Shown: positions 49,131-62,423 of the stretch, piece by piece
How the letters are laid out: the number at the start of each line of letters is the position of its first letter
How positions within the stretch are numbered: position 1 is the first letter of the stretch
From: Magallana gigas
Lineage: Eukaryota
NCBI RefSeq assembly: GCF_963853765.1
Contig: NC_088860.1
Location: 50,840,001-50,904,000 of the forward strand
Length of the DNA stretch: 64,000 nt
Direction: 5' to 3'
The notes under the pieces: generated by a model
Database searches by the model: none
Told to the model about the DNA's origin: nothing
Seen by the model: only the letters and a program-made list of their open reading frames with translations
Made by a program: the position numbers and the translations under genes

Positions 49131-50980
49131 TGCTGTTAATTTCTGATATCGCTGAAATCAGGAAACTTGTAGTTGTTAAAAGCGTCATCATGTGTCAACC
49201 GATAGAAACAAGGGGAATAATCCATTTGTTTGTGGATGCGAAAATTATATCAAGAAAAATATTTTTTGGCACCTTACTATTATCATTATTGTTCGTTGGG
49301 GACCACTCCCGTGGCATATTTAAATACTTTAAATGTTTTAGAGAAATACATCATTTTAAAGTAAAATTTCAAACAATTACTAAATCATTTTGCATTGCTA
49401 CAATGCAGCAATGCTATATTTTCTATTTTCTGTCAAACATTTGTATGACTAAAAATCATTTAACAATGAATAGATATATACTGTGCCTTTGACATGAGGT
49501 TAATCAAACCAAAATAACAACTAGGAAAGGTACAAACATCTATGAAAAATATGTCTCTCAACAACTGTATAATAAACGTACAACAAGTGTACCGAAACTA
49601 GTTTATTGTTCATAAAAATTAGTAATTATGAACATGTACAGGGGAACAAGAATAACAACATAGTTTAGTGTAAACATGATAAATAAGCAATAAAGATGTT
49701 TTGTTACGTTTGTTAAATTTGTTTATAAAAATTAGCATAAAATAATGTACAAAATAGTTTATTGCATTGTCTGCATAGATTTAATGCCCCTTTCTCAACA
49801 ATGATATTTGTAAAAGAACGTTTTACAGTTTCATATAGAAAAAAAAAATAAATGCTAAAAATAAAACACAAAGGTACATTTATTTTGCTGGCCCACTTCA
49901 TAACAATTAAGAGCAGAGCAGACACATTAGACAATAGTGAGTTCGTTTGGCTGACTTTTAATATAATCGGTGTAACCTACGGGATATTCTTCTTACTTGT
50001 GATAGCATCTGTTAGACAGTAATATATTGAAACTCTGGTTAAATCAGATTCATAGTTATCATATTGTATTGCAAAGTATCTCATCTAAATAGCCATAAAA
50101 GAATTTAAATGAGTTTCTCCCATTTATAGTTTATAACAAAAGAAAGGCAACAATCAAGCTGAAATAAGATAAACAAATTGCTTACATATTTTTCTCTTAG
50201 TTTTTGTGTGGCGTTGCGAAAGAATTTAAGCTTGAACAACAGACTTTTGTCGACTTCTTCCCTTGTAAATTTTGCGACATTCAAATTAACACTGAACTTT
50301 TTGTGGGACATGGCTTTGAAATATCTCGTGACGCCACAAAATGACTGAGGAAGAAAATCCATCCTAAAAAGAGAACATTAAAATGATGAGTGATGAAAGC
50401 TTTTGATCGTTAAACATTTATTTATTTTATGCAAAAATAACACGTCTTAAATGATCACGATGTCAGAAATTTGCTCTTAAAATATACACCCCTACCCAAC
50501 CGTAAAACTTGCCAGCATTCTTAGTTATGTCATGATATAGCAATGGGTAAATGTATTATTAGAACAAACGTTCATGCACGTTTTCCCGATGAACAAAGAA
50601 TACAATTATGCATCATGCAAACTTTTTTTCTTCTAAAAACACAACTATATCCAAATGTACCATTGTTGTGATCAAAAGTTCGCCTTTCATTATAACAATT
50701 CTGATAAGGGTCTGTACCCTTAGCTTTCACAATCAAAGTTTATTACACAATTAGCTTGAGAATCAAACAGATGTGGTGTTTAACTAATGACAATGACAGC
50801 TTGAAACACTAATGTCAGAATTCAGCTTTAATATAAAAAAAATGAAGTGAATCTATTTTTACGATTTGTAAATTTTTTAGATAAATTTCAAGGCGATTTC
50901 CAAAACGCTCAACAAACCGCTATTGTTTTTATATTCCAAGAGACATAGTGGTTTTGTTTTATGTTTAATTATTATGTCAA

Positions 50981-52292
50981 ACTAGATACGATCTCGTTAC
51001 GAGTAACGAATAGGTCTTCCGTTCAATTTTCTAAACGCTATGATTAAAATATCAACGAAATTTCAAAATTCCCCCTAAACCCCTCCCTTTCAGATAATGT
51101 ATACGATTGTCAATATTCTTTAAAATGCTTAACAAAGTGTTTGGCTTTTTCAGATACAGCACATTAAAGATTTAAGATTTTAGTCCCCTAAAATCCCTAA
51201 TTACGTCTTCAATGGATATGGCAATGAGTATTACAAACTGATATTGTAACGATCAACAACTTTTCTTCAATAATGCATTACAAAATTTTAATCGTTTTTA
51301 AGGTATGTGTAAGAGACTTTACGAATGTCTTGGTCCCTAATTTAAGGGGCCAGCCCCTTTTTCTTGAGTTCATTCGAAAGGACTCACGAATACTGACTTT
51401 TTTTTTGTTCTTACAGCTATCTAAAATTGTTATTTATTTTTTAGATGAAAATGATTGAATATTTTAGGGGCCAGCCCTCTAGATCCTTAATAGGGACATA
51501 CATGAATGTTTTGATTATTGGAATAGATTAACATCATAAATGCAAAGATTTTCTCTTCTATGATGCCTTACAAAATATGTCTCCTTTAGAAATATTGCGT
51601 CAAAGTTTAGGTTCTTTTGCCCCTAAAAATCCCTAATTACGTAAAAAAAGGGCGTGGCAATGATTTTTATTAATAGATATTGTTACGATCAACAACTTTG
51701 CTTCTGTAATGCATAACAATATCTTTGTCATTTTGGAGTTATTTGTAATAGAGTTTACGAGTGTTTTGGCCCCTTATTAAAGGGGCCAGCCCCTTTTTCT
51801 TGATTTTGTTGGAAAGACCTTTTGATTATTTACTACTTTTTTATATATATATGTCTTAACAAAATATCAGCTGATAAAAAGATACTAATCAAAACGTATG
51901 AATATTTTGAATGATAATTTGTACCCAATTTTCGTGCCTATGCGAGCTCCAAGAAATGACACAACAGGCGTTAAACAATTGCATGCTGCACAACTTCAAG
52001 CTATAGTCTACCTACCTTGAAAGTTTCATATTCATATCTCTAATGGTTTCCGATTTTATAGCTAAAAAAAACCGGGTCGTCAAAGACTACAAACTGGCCG
52101 ATAATTCGGTACCGGAAGAGACTAAAAAAAGTTAAGATCACGTCTAAACATCTGTGAAAAAATGGTCGAAATCGGTCGAACAGATTTCTCATGAAATCTC
52201 ATGCACAAAATTTTGAAAAAAACCCAAAACTGATAGTAAGAAACAGTATGAAAACAATAATGTCTCTCGTTGGAAACGGAAGACCTTAATAA
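50981..52292 (-). mobile_element. Helentron-type element inserted in intron 1 of the pseudogene, same family as 42386-43211 but inverted
   Basis: ACTAGATACGATCTCGTTACGAGTAACGAATAGGTCTTCCG at the left end and GGAAACGGAAGACCTTAATAA at the right end; the flanks rejoin as in paralog 3 intron 1 (GTCAA|...|AC.GAACC). Confidence 0.85.
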
Positions 52293-52928
52293 ACTGAACC
52301 ATAACAATTAATTTGGATGCTAACATTACTCTCTGTGTTGTTACAGACGAGTTCAATCTAGCTTATCAACGACATAATAAAAAAAATACTACCATCTAAA
52401 ACTGATGTTTGACAATAAAACAAACAAATATTTTCAACCAAAACTGAATTTTTGTATTTATATCCTGAAAAAGTATTTTGTCGATATTTTCCGGAAGGAA
52501 GTATCGATAATGGAGATGAAATATAACTAGATTTTCAAAGTTCAGAGTGACATAATAGTCTCGATAATCAGCGCTTTCTAAATGCCAAGCGACTGTTTCA
52601 AATTCAAAATGTACTTTTGTACGTTTTTATTTATATATGTTTTTGTCTCAATTTTTAAAACATATTCTAGTTGAATAGTGATTATAAAGATAGATGCATC
52701 AAAATCCTCAACGTTTTAAGATTCAAACTAATATCGATAATTAGTGCTTTCTAGATTCTTAGTGACTGTTTAATTTAAATAAATGTGCACTTTAATTTAA
52801 AAGAAAACTACTTTTAAGCTTTTTTGTTTATGCTAAAAAAGTAAGATTATATTTGAATTTTATAAACAATTGATTTAAACATATTTCTGTTTATGAAAGA
52901 AATTGTTATCTATAGAGATGTTTATCGA

Positions 52929-53411
52929 TACGGTTAACCTCGTTTAAAGCAAAGTTCGAAGGACCAATAGATTTACTTCGTTACATCCGTAATTCGTTAT
53001 ATCCTTAAAACGAATTCGTAAAAATAACTAAAGCGCAATCACTGTATACATGTTTTCTTCACCAGACTATAATTTTTGCTAACTGAGGCTTAAAATAAAA
53101 ATACATTACTTTGATACCTTAAATAATCGGATTGTGAATTTAAAAAAATATATATGAAAAAAAAATTATTCAGAATTTTGGTATTATGTTCAATGGTAGT
53201 GCTTACTTTTTAATTTGTAAAGAAATTTGTATTAGTGTTAAATTTTTTTATTATTAATCTCTAGGGGACTCGAAATCAGTTTGCTATATCCGTTAAATCG
53301 TAACATTCAAATTCGTTATAACCTTTAAATTTTGCAAAGATTTGATAAGAGTTTTACCGGGAACTTAAAAAACTTCGCTTTATCTGAGATTAGCTATATC
53401 CGTGTTTGCAT
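52929..53411. mobile_element. Degenerate pogo/Tigger-type MITE in intron 1 of the pseudogene
   Basis: TACGGTTAACCTCGTTTAAAGCAAAGTTC left end, repeated TTCGTTATA(T/A)CC subterminal motifs; absent from paralog 3 intron 1. Confidence 0.6.
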
Positions 53412-55522
53412 GATTTTTACTTTATTTGTTTTTCTTTGAGCTCACCGAATGAAAGCATTTACATGGTTTAAACTAATTGATATCTAGCTGGATTTCGACT
53501 TTAAATTTATAAAGAAACTTTTTATGATATAATAAGATAAATAACCGAAACAAAAGACTATATGTTTATGCATTTCTCGTTTCCAAAATTAAAATTCTAT
53601 AACAAGTTTTAAAAATTGGGTTAAAAATAGTTGTAATCTTATCAAAAGTAAGTGTGTAAAAGTTTTTTCCAACAGTGACGTTATAATGTAGAAAAGACGT
53701 CATGAAGATTGTCTTATTTTGATAAATTTGTGTTTTGGTAAAAAAAAAAATGATTGATTTCCGACGGTTTTTCGACCGGGAATCTTTCAGCTCATGCATG
53801 CTTAAGTACCATTTTTAAATATCATGTGTAAAATTATTTACACCAAATTATACATCAAACTCATACTTGAGCAGTCTGTGCTCTTTACTTCCAAATGCAA
53901 AATCTATAAGAAAAATGGCAATTTTTTTATTTGTTTGCAAAATTGCAGGGGATATGTCAATTTTGGTGACGTCATAGATGAAGAGCTGCTGGAAAATGAT
54001 CACTCTGGAAAATGATCACTGATATCAAGATTAATGTGATAGACATGTATAATTTTTTATGATTTAAATACGATATCATTTAAAAATTGATTAAAACTGG
54101 AGGCAGATATTTGACCATACCAAATACAGTCCTTTTTATTAAGACTGCCTCTCTCGTTTAATTTTACATTTTGTCCTCATGCATTCTTTAAGTATGACAT
54201 CTTTTTGTAGACCACAATCAGTATTCATCCATGTGTACAAACTGTCATATATTCAGGTTATGTAAATTATACAATCTCTGTTCTTTTTATTGATTAACTT
54301 CATAATTTCCATTCTTTACATATATTGCTGCTTACTTGTCTTTTGAAACTATTGTTAGTAAGCGGACATAAACGTATAATTTTAAGGTATGGCATAAAAT
54401 TTGAGAAGTGGTGTTCAAATATAGATTCTGCACTTGTTAAAACCCCAAAACACATGGGTATAGTCCAATAATGCATTTTCCATAGGCGGTAATGTTAACG
54501 TTAGGATTAATAGCTCCAGCCATATTTTTTGTTCAGCAACGAGTTACCCCTTGAATGACAGCTCATCAAATTGCCTCTTCCCTGTCAATTCGTTTTCCGG
54601 TGTTATATAGTGCCTTTTCCCTCTAGCCATCTTTCCCCCGGAAAAATGGATATATAGCAGTTTTCCCCCCGGAAAAATGGCTATATAGCAGTTTTTCCCA
54701 CTCGGAAAGCTGACTATATAGTGGGTTTTCCCCCTTTTTATAGCCAGATTACCCCCACGGAAAACCTACTACATAGTAGATTTTCCCCCTTTTTTACATT
54801 CCGATCATGTTTATGGCGGACCATTCGTGGCAATAATTTGCAATAACTGATATGATATTAATTTCTCATAATAATAGGTAATTATGGCATTTATAAATAC
54901 ACAGAATAAATTTGTTTCACCCCTGATATAAACAAAGGCACGCGCCTTCATAACATTCCTGTGTCTTCACCATTTATTTCACTTTTTGTTACACCTTTTT
55001 GAAACACCTTTTACGTGGATTTCCGATGATTATCTACAGTTTTGAGTTCGACGTTATGACATTGATATTTTTCACAGAACACGTCAGAATACATTTGAGT
55101 GAAAATACGCCGATTTGGATCTTTAATTTTCCCATGTATTATCATCTATGTATAAGCTTCTCCTAGGAAAGTAACTGACTAATCTTGACTTAATTTTGTA
55201 GAGGAAGGGAATAAAAAGTAGAAATGTATTAATCCCTTCGTCCAAACGGCTATTAATTTTAAATCAATACCGTTAGAATTGACGATCTTATATATAATCA
55301 TATATTTCTACTTATCAATATCAAACAAGAGACAGCTAGGGTGCAATGATATGATGAGAAACCGAAATGTTTTACTTCGATTGATGGGGTTCTTAATCAT
55401 GGGTAAGGGGTATTATAATTAATTATGTATTAAAGGTATGTGTAAAGTTAGTATTTACAATTTCGTTTTAAAGTCACGTATATTCATATTCATGTTTTTA
55501 TGCACATTTTTAACGAAACGCG

Positions 55523-55759
55523 AGGTTTTATGATGTAAACATTTTTAAAAAAAAATGACATGGCTTCACAACCAGGACAAAGTCGGTATCTTTGCTGGTT
55601 ACTTTAGAAAATGTGAAATGGAGCCTGAACTAACCTTATGCAGGTTTTATGATGTAAACATTTAAAAAAAAAATGAAATGGCTTCACAACCAGAACAAAG
55701 TCGGTATCTTTGCTGGTTACTTTGGTAAATGTGAAATGGAGCCTGAACTAACCTTATGC
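55523..55759. repeat. 118-bp tandem duplication
   Basis: AGGTTTTATGATGTAAACATTT...GGAGCCTGAACTAACCTTATGC x2. Confidence 0.9.
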
Positions 55760-56287
55760 ACTGCGTGCTTATTCTTCCGCTTTTTTACTTTGCAACGTGA
55801 TTTATAAATATACAATTTTGAAAACGATGACAAGACATATAAAACAAGATATACGATTCACTTACCTTAAAATCGTATACTATTAATTTCATATTTTTGC
55901 AATAAAGATTTACTTGTGTACAATATCATTTCTTCGAACAATGAAACAAGGGTAATTATAAATAAAAACTAACACATTTTTGCGATGATCTGACTTATTT
56001 TTTTAAATATAAGCTTGTTCTTTTAATCAATTGGCAAGTCAAAAAAGTCGTTTATCTAGTGCGCTTTTGTTGGGTATTTATTTTGTTTTTTCGGTTGCTA
56101 CTTTTATGAATAAAAAATCATATGTTTATTTATCTAGTTATTTATTATATCATTAGTCATCTTATGAATTGACCAAATGTTTTGAAAAATAATGAATTTA
56201 CCTGAATTTTCAACCATTTTGATAAAGAAATATGTGAGTGAGTGTGTATTTTTATATATTTTTTTTACTTTCAAATGATCGTAAAAA

Positions 56288-56730
56288 TATGGTGATGTGG
56301 TCATCTTTACTTTTTGAGATTAGGGGCCCTAAAAATACACTATTCATTATAATCGGATTTCAAACATCAGGTTCGGAAAGATCAAGGGTCCCTACCACGG
56401 GGGCTAAAATTTTCAGGGTCATCTACTAGTGGTATACCACTACCACTGTGAAAATATGGTTAAGCAGTCATCTTTAAAATTTGAGATTCTGGTCCCCACT
56501 TACAGAACACTATTCAATCATTATAATCGGATTTTAAACATCGGGCCCTGAAACATCGAGGGCCCCTATCCTGGGGGCTGAAATTTTCAGAGTCATCTAC
56601 AAGTGGTAAACTACTGCCACTGTGAAAATATGGTGATGTGGTCATCTCTAGTTTATGAGATATAGGGCCCTAAAGAATATGCACTATTAATATTCATAAT
56701 AATAGGATTTTAAACATCGGACTCTGAAAA
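56288..56730. repeat. About 170-bp satellite-like unit, about 2.6 copies
   Basis: ATATGGT...GTCATCT recurs at 56288, 56455 and 56629. Confidence 0.75.
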
Positions 56731-58189
56731 TCAGAAACAAAATGTCTCTAAAACAGATCGAGGTTTAGCCTGGATAAAATGTGCACAAACAGACCTAAAT
56801 TAAGTTCTATGTATAATTCCATTACACACATGTTCAATTTTCAGCATTGTCTATAAAAAATAATAAATCGGCAAAACGAAACTTAACCTGTACAGATGAA
56901 TGCAGATATATGCAACCTGGGAGTGTAGAAACATTGATTTTAAATCTTACTGGGTTTCCATAAATATTTTGTATAAAATCTGAACAAAAAACGTGAGGGA
57001 GAAACCCTACTATGGGGGAAAAGGTACTATATAATAGCTTTTCCCCCCGGGGGGAAAGGCTACTATATAGTAGGTTTTTCGAGGGGAAAAGCTACTATGG
57101 GGGAAAAACTGCTATACAACACCGGCAAAATGCGTCTGTATTGAAAAACTCTGAAAATGAAAGTAAAATTGCGGAATTTCACAGTTTTGGAAAGGTGTAC
57201 ACCAAATAATTTCAATTCTTTTCTTTAATTGATAATTCAATTTTGACACTTGTTTTTAAAATTGCAAATCCTCTTCTCTGACATGTGTCAAGCATTCTGA
57301 TTTAAAATGTCCCAATAAATGTATATACACTCTGCAAGTTTAGAAACTATTTGGCTTTAAGGCACTACTTTGTTGTCCTACCGATTCTAAAAATAGTTAG
57401 AGGGATATACCAACATATTGTTTTGACGTTGATTTATTTTTTTGATTTTTTTCAGTATTGAATAGTGTTATCGGACTGCAATTTAAAAAAAAGAAAAAAA
57501 GAAGCTTATTGTTCATAAAAGTACAATAAGTTTGCGCTCTATGGTATACGATGATTGGATTTTTATGATTTGTTGCAATAGAAGTTGATAATAACTTTTC
57601 GACTTCGTTTTACGTAGTCTTCCTCATGTTAAGGATTAAAATATGATTATATGGTCACTGACGGTCATAATGATGACCAACATGATTACTCACTTTAAAT
57701 TGGTATTAAAAGACATGGAATAGAGGCATGCTGTTTCTCCCAAATCATTCAGTTATGATCATTCAGTTATAATTCTTTAATGAACATTTTTAAACATGCA
57801 TTTACCTTAGTTTATACGTGAATAAATATTTTGAGAACTGGGGCTAGATTTCGGGTCTGTCTGCGAGGCACAATACACTTTCCTTTGCACTACTGGTTTT
57901 ATTTAATGCATTGTATGAGAAAATATGATATTTGGTGCATTCAAAGCAAAAATATCAAATCTTGTCAAACAATTCAAACAATAATTTCCGTATACGTTCC
58001 TGCGTCCACTTTGTGATATTAGCAACGTTTTATCGTGTAAACAAAGGGAAGTCCCCACTCAGCCTCTTTCGAATGAGTCTATTCTAGGTTTAAAAAAGCC
58101 TTTAAAAGAGTTCAGGAAAATATTGTATGACGCCTTAGTGCGGTCAAAAATAGATGGAGACAATTATAAAGCAACATTTTCCGTACATT

Positions 58190-58550
58190 ATATAAATAGT
58201 GCCTGTTTGGGAGGGTAACAGTTGATATTGACACCACGAGGAAATCATTGCCAACCGACGCAAAGCGGGGGTTGACAATGGTTCTCGAGAGGTGTCAATT
58301 TCAACTGTTATCCTCCCAAACAGGCACTTTTTTTATTATACTGAATGTCTTAATTTTAGGGAATTTTTATATTGCTTTTATATAGAAATGACGTGAATTC
58401 TACGGCGAACCGTACGCGCATAATTTACGCGCATGTAACAATTCGTTGTTACCCGTTGCTAAGTGTGTTGCTAACGCTGAAGGTAATAGAGCGGATTATC
58501 AACTGCGTCTAAACCAATCAAAAATCAGTGTTTAACATGAAAGTATAATA
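58190..58550. mobile_element. Dispersed foldback repeat, copy 2; hairpin at about 58198-58328
   Basis: AGTGCCTGTTTGGGAGGGTAACAGTTGA... pairs with ...TCAACTGTTATCCTCCCAAACAGGCACT; absent from copy A at about 39250. Confidence 0.8.
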
Positions 58551-59523
58551 ATATGTACATCTAACAGCCTCTGCACGTATCATATTAGGGATATTTGGAA
58601 AAATGACAGACCTTACACACAATACAATAATTTATTCAAACATTGAATATTAAAATAGTCATTGTGTTGATGGCTATTTTGGACTTATTCTTAAGAAGGG
58701 TTGTCTTAAAAAATGAACGAATTTCATCTGCCTAAAATATTTTATCTTTTCCAGGTGATAAACAATTCCATTCGGTTTTTTACACACATTAATGGACAAT
58801 CTATAAGCCCCAGAAAAATGGAAATATGTATAAAAAAATATAATTTGGTTAAATATTCTAAAATATATAGGTTTTTAACAATTTGTAATGTCCTCTACAT
58901 ATATTATATTGATGCACACTTATGTCTGACACCCACCTCTTTCAACTCGCCGACACATGCAAAACAAAAACAATAGAAACTATAAAACATCTATATAACA
59001 ACTAATCAATGTGTTTTGTGTTGTTGGTGTTAAGTTTTCATTTGCTCTTTATTTGATCCCGTCCGAACCCATGTTCGAACGGAATTCCTGTTTCGCTCTG
59101 AAACTATTTTACAGTTTAAAAAAAAATGGATAATTGTTTGTTTTATTTCTGAGTATATTACAACTTATGGTATGCAAACATAGAGGTTTTGATGACCCAC
59201 TTTATCAAAATTACTAAATGTAAATGAACTAATCATAAATTTCCGGTGCATCAAAATCACAAAATCAAAACAAAACAAGACCTTATTATTGCCACTGACA
59301 AAATGCAATTGATTTAACATTACGACATACGTTTTTTGAAGCTGGATGGAGAAAACATTTTTCAAAGTGCTATTCATTTTGGACCAAGTTAACCGAGTTT
59401 CCTTCGAACTAATGATTTATAGTAACATTTAAAAAAGGAAAAAAAATGGAAAAAAATGTTCTGATGTAAATTAAGTAAATGTAGTGATTTTGAAAAAACG
59501 AGCAGGCAAAACAATAATTTGTC

Positions 59524-59669
59524 AATTGGTATGTTACAGAATATATGTGTTACAACATTAACCCTCAACTGGTATGTTACAGAATATATGTGTTACAATT
59601 GGTATGTTACAGAATATATGTGTTACAATTGGTATGTTACAGAATATATGTGTTTCAACATTAACCCTC
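59524..59669. repeat. 30-bp tandem repeat, 4 copies with two 13-bp extensions
   Basis: TGGTATGTTACAGAATATATGTGTTACAAT repeated. Confidence 0.9.
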
Positions 59670-62423
59670 CTTTCATATTCTAATCATATAAATCACTTTA
59701 ATATAAAAAGAATACCTTAACAAACGTTAGATTATTATAAACTTAAAAATTAGCATTAGGGTGCGTTTTTTTTATCGCACTGATCTTCTAAAAGATCATT
59801 TTGTTTTGATAAACATAACTAATTATAACGTATCCTTTTTTCACATCATGTTTGTTTACAAGCACATGCAATAGGCCAGTTGAAATATGTTATACATTGA
59901 TCTCCATTATCAGCATATATAAAACATATTCGTTCTGGCTTAGACCATTGTACCAGATAAGAAGTCAATTTGCTGCATACCCAGAAAAGGGAAATGCAGT
60001 CGCGTAGCGATGAAATTTTTGTCTGATTTAAATAAATTAAATTTCAAAAATTGTTTTTTGTGTGTTAATTGTCGATGTTGTCTTATTAAAAAAAAAATTC
60101 TCATCTTAGAACTGTTTATCAAGTAAGCTGAGAATTCAATATTTTCTCTTTTAAATAGATCAGATTAAGCTATACAAGGATAAAACAAGTATTTATTGTG
60201 TATAAAATTTTCGATTATTTTGACTTAAAGATATCTTTTTTATCAACATGCGTTGACTTGGTCCTAATATTAACGCACTTGCAAAACATTTTTGAAAGTG
60301 CGTTGTAACACACGTGTGTTCACTGTATATAATAGTAAAGACTTAAATCTGGTTCTTGGTGTTTCAAAAAACAAATCATGTAATTCTGAAAAAAAAGAAT
60401 ATGATTGAGGTACTTCTAAACAATGGCTGTTTTACATATTATCTTACTTGCAAATATCTTTGCAGGCATATCTAAACTTAATTCGTATTCACGACACGTA
60501 AAGAAGTTTGAGTCTTGGTTTTAATTGTTTGATTCTGCTTTTAATTTTGTTTTCACAGCTTCCTCGTTCTCATTCTCCTTGTAATTTTTCGGACAATATG
60601 TAAATGGGTATATATTTTGTCGGACAATACATAGAATGGGCATGTCTCGTGCCGGATGAAATTTAGGTTATTTGATCATGTCATAAAAAACATAGAACGT
60701 GTATGTCTTAGGTCGGATGAAATGCTTTAACAAAAGTGTAGCAAAACATTTTATTACGCCCAATCTTAAACTAAATTTCAAAATTTGAAAGTAAATCTAC
60801 ATCATTTTTTAAGGAAACGTAAGATAACACTAACATAATATCTGTAATCCTAGATATAAATACAATTGGATTTCAGCTGTTCAATCCTTACATCCCCCAA
60901 CTTACTTCAGATATACTTGTCGGGACACCTGAAAAAAAAGCCAGAAAAAAATCGGCTGAATATTGATACCACAAGTTATAAATTAACAATTCATTGGTGA
61001 TTAGTTTTTTATGATAATCAGTTATTAGTTAAGTGTTTGCCCTGTAATGTTTCCACTCAAACAATCGAACTTCCTTATTTGCTCTGAAACTATCTCTGGG
61101 GATAACAGAAAACAAGTGTATAGCTTACGGTTAATGAAAGTTATGTTTTTACATCCAAACATTGGTTTATACAAAAGTAATCAATAAATCATGATCGAAA
61201 CTAAGTAGTCTATTCAACTGACCATTGATAGTGAGATGACTGTTAATTGCTAAACGAAATCAAGGTGATAAAAATCAGTTCAATTTACCATTGGTTGTGA
61301 GATGCCTGGAAATTGCTTCACAGAATCGAAACAAGACAAAAGCAAACAGATACATTTTGGCATATTTAAAAAAAGTAACTCGGAAACTTTGATTTTAACG
61401 ACCAAACTTAACAGAGGATTTGGAATAAATTTTCAATATCTTTGTTTCACTATTATGTTTTATATCTTTAAGTCACTCAGAATTATATACAAAAAAAAAA
61501 TCATTGCAAAAACAATTGAAAAAAAATATAAATGATATTAATCAAAATGACTAAAACTTATTTCTATTTTTGGCTATCTGTAAAAGAAATTATAACAAAG
61601 CAATTGATATGACAGAATTTGCAGTTTTTATGAATTTTTATGAAGTTAAATACATTTTAAAACAAACAAAAATTATATCTTACAATGACCATTTTTTCAG
61701 TTTAAAGACATTAAGAAGTTGTTATGATGAATTTATTTTTCTAAAATAAACCTGGTTGGACAATTTTTGTTCCCTTACTCGCTAAAAGCGTAAACTGTTC
61801 ATAACTGGTCAGTATTACCATAATTACTGTAGTTATTGTGTCTATTTCTAATACTTTGAGTTTCTGTAACATTTGTCTTCTTAATTACAATAAAGCGTAG
61901 ATAATTGTCACATAAAGCTTTATGGATTATTTCGTTTTCAACAAACCATTGACGTCATATTTAATTGTACACGTGTTAATTTTATATTAATATGAGCATT
62001 TTTAATGAAAATTTTTATGTATGTACAAAAATAATTATTAATTCTTTTCTTGATCTATCCAATTATGAAATAGTGACAACTTTCAAATAAATGGGACTGT
62101 GGTTAGTATTAAAACTATAGATTTTGTACATGTATCATATGGAACTTTTAGAATGTGGAAAACCGTACTCTTATTCGGTCATTTTGATTAGCCGTATTAA
62201 AGAAAATAATTCTTTAAGCTCGATTTACCAAATGTGGTTTTAACTAAGTACTAGGTTTTCTTTCCTAATTTTTCTGTTTCACAAATAAAAAAAGTTATGC
62301 AACAAAAAAAATATATAGACTCTAACTTTCAACCTACGTTGACACAAAACAATTTTCATTTAAAGACAATAAAATTCAACCGATGTCATGCAGTGAACTG
62401 TTAGTTGACAAAATCGAAACCAC

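Larger units (their letters stand above)
49927..53464 (-). pseudogene. Pseudogene copy of cytokine paralog 3 (paralog 4); exons 53464-53446, 50363-50186, fused exon 3/4 remnant 50008-49927
   Basis: Exon 1 reads ATG TAA ATG CTT TCA TTC G|GTGAGC; exon 2 is 178 nt versus 185 nt (net 7-nt deletion, stop after KSSVLI); about 465 bp deleted, joining the exon 3 start (MLSQVRRISR) to the last codons of exon 4 out of frame. Confidence 0.88.
54597..57125. mobile_element. Non-autonomous DNA element with CCGGTGTT termini and many subterminal TTCCCCC/CTATATAG repeats, containing nested repeats
   Basis: CCGGTGTTATATAG at the left end and CTATACAACACCGG at the right end; part of an insertion of about 3 kb absent from copy A. 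Superfamily not assigned (subterminal repeat arrays resemble CACTA-type elements). Confidence 0.6.

Noticed and set aside
47047-49496. TCAAAGGCACAG inverted pair as the TIRs of the Tc1 relic
   Set aside because: Only a 12-bp match, no TA TSD, and asymmetric placement.
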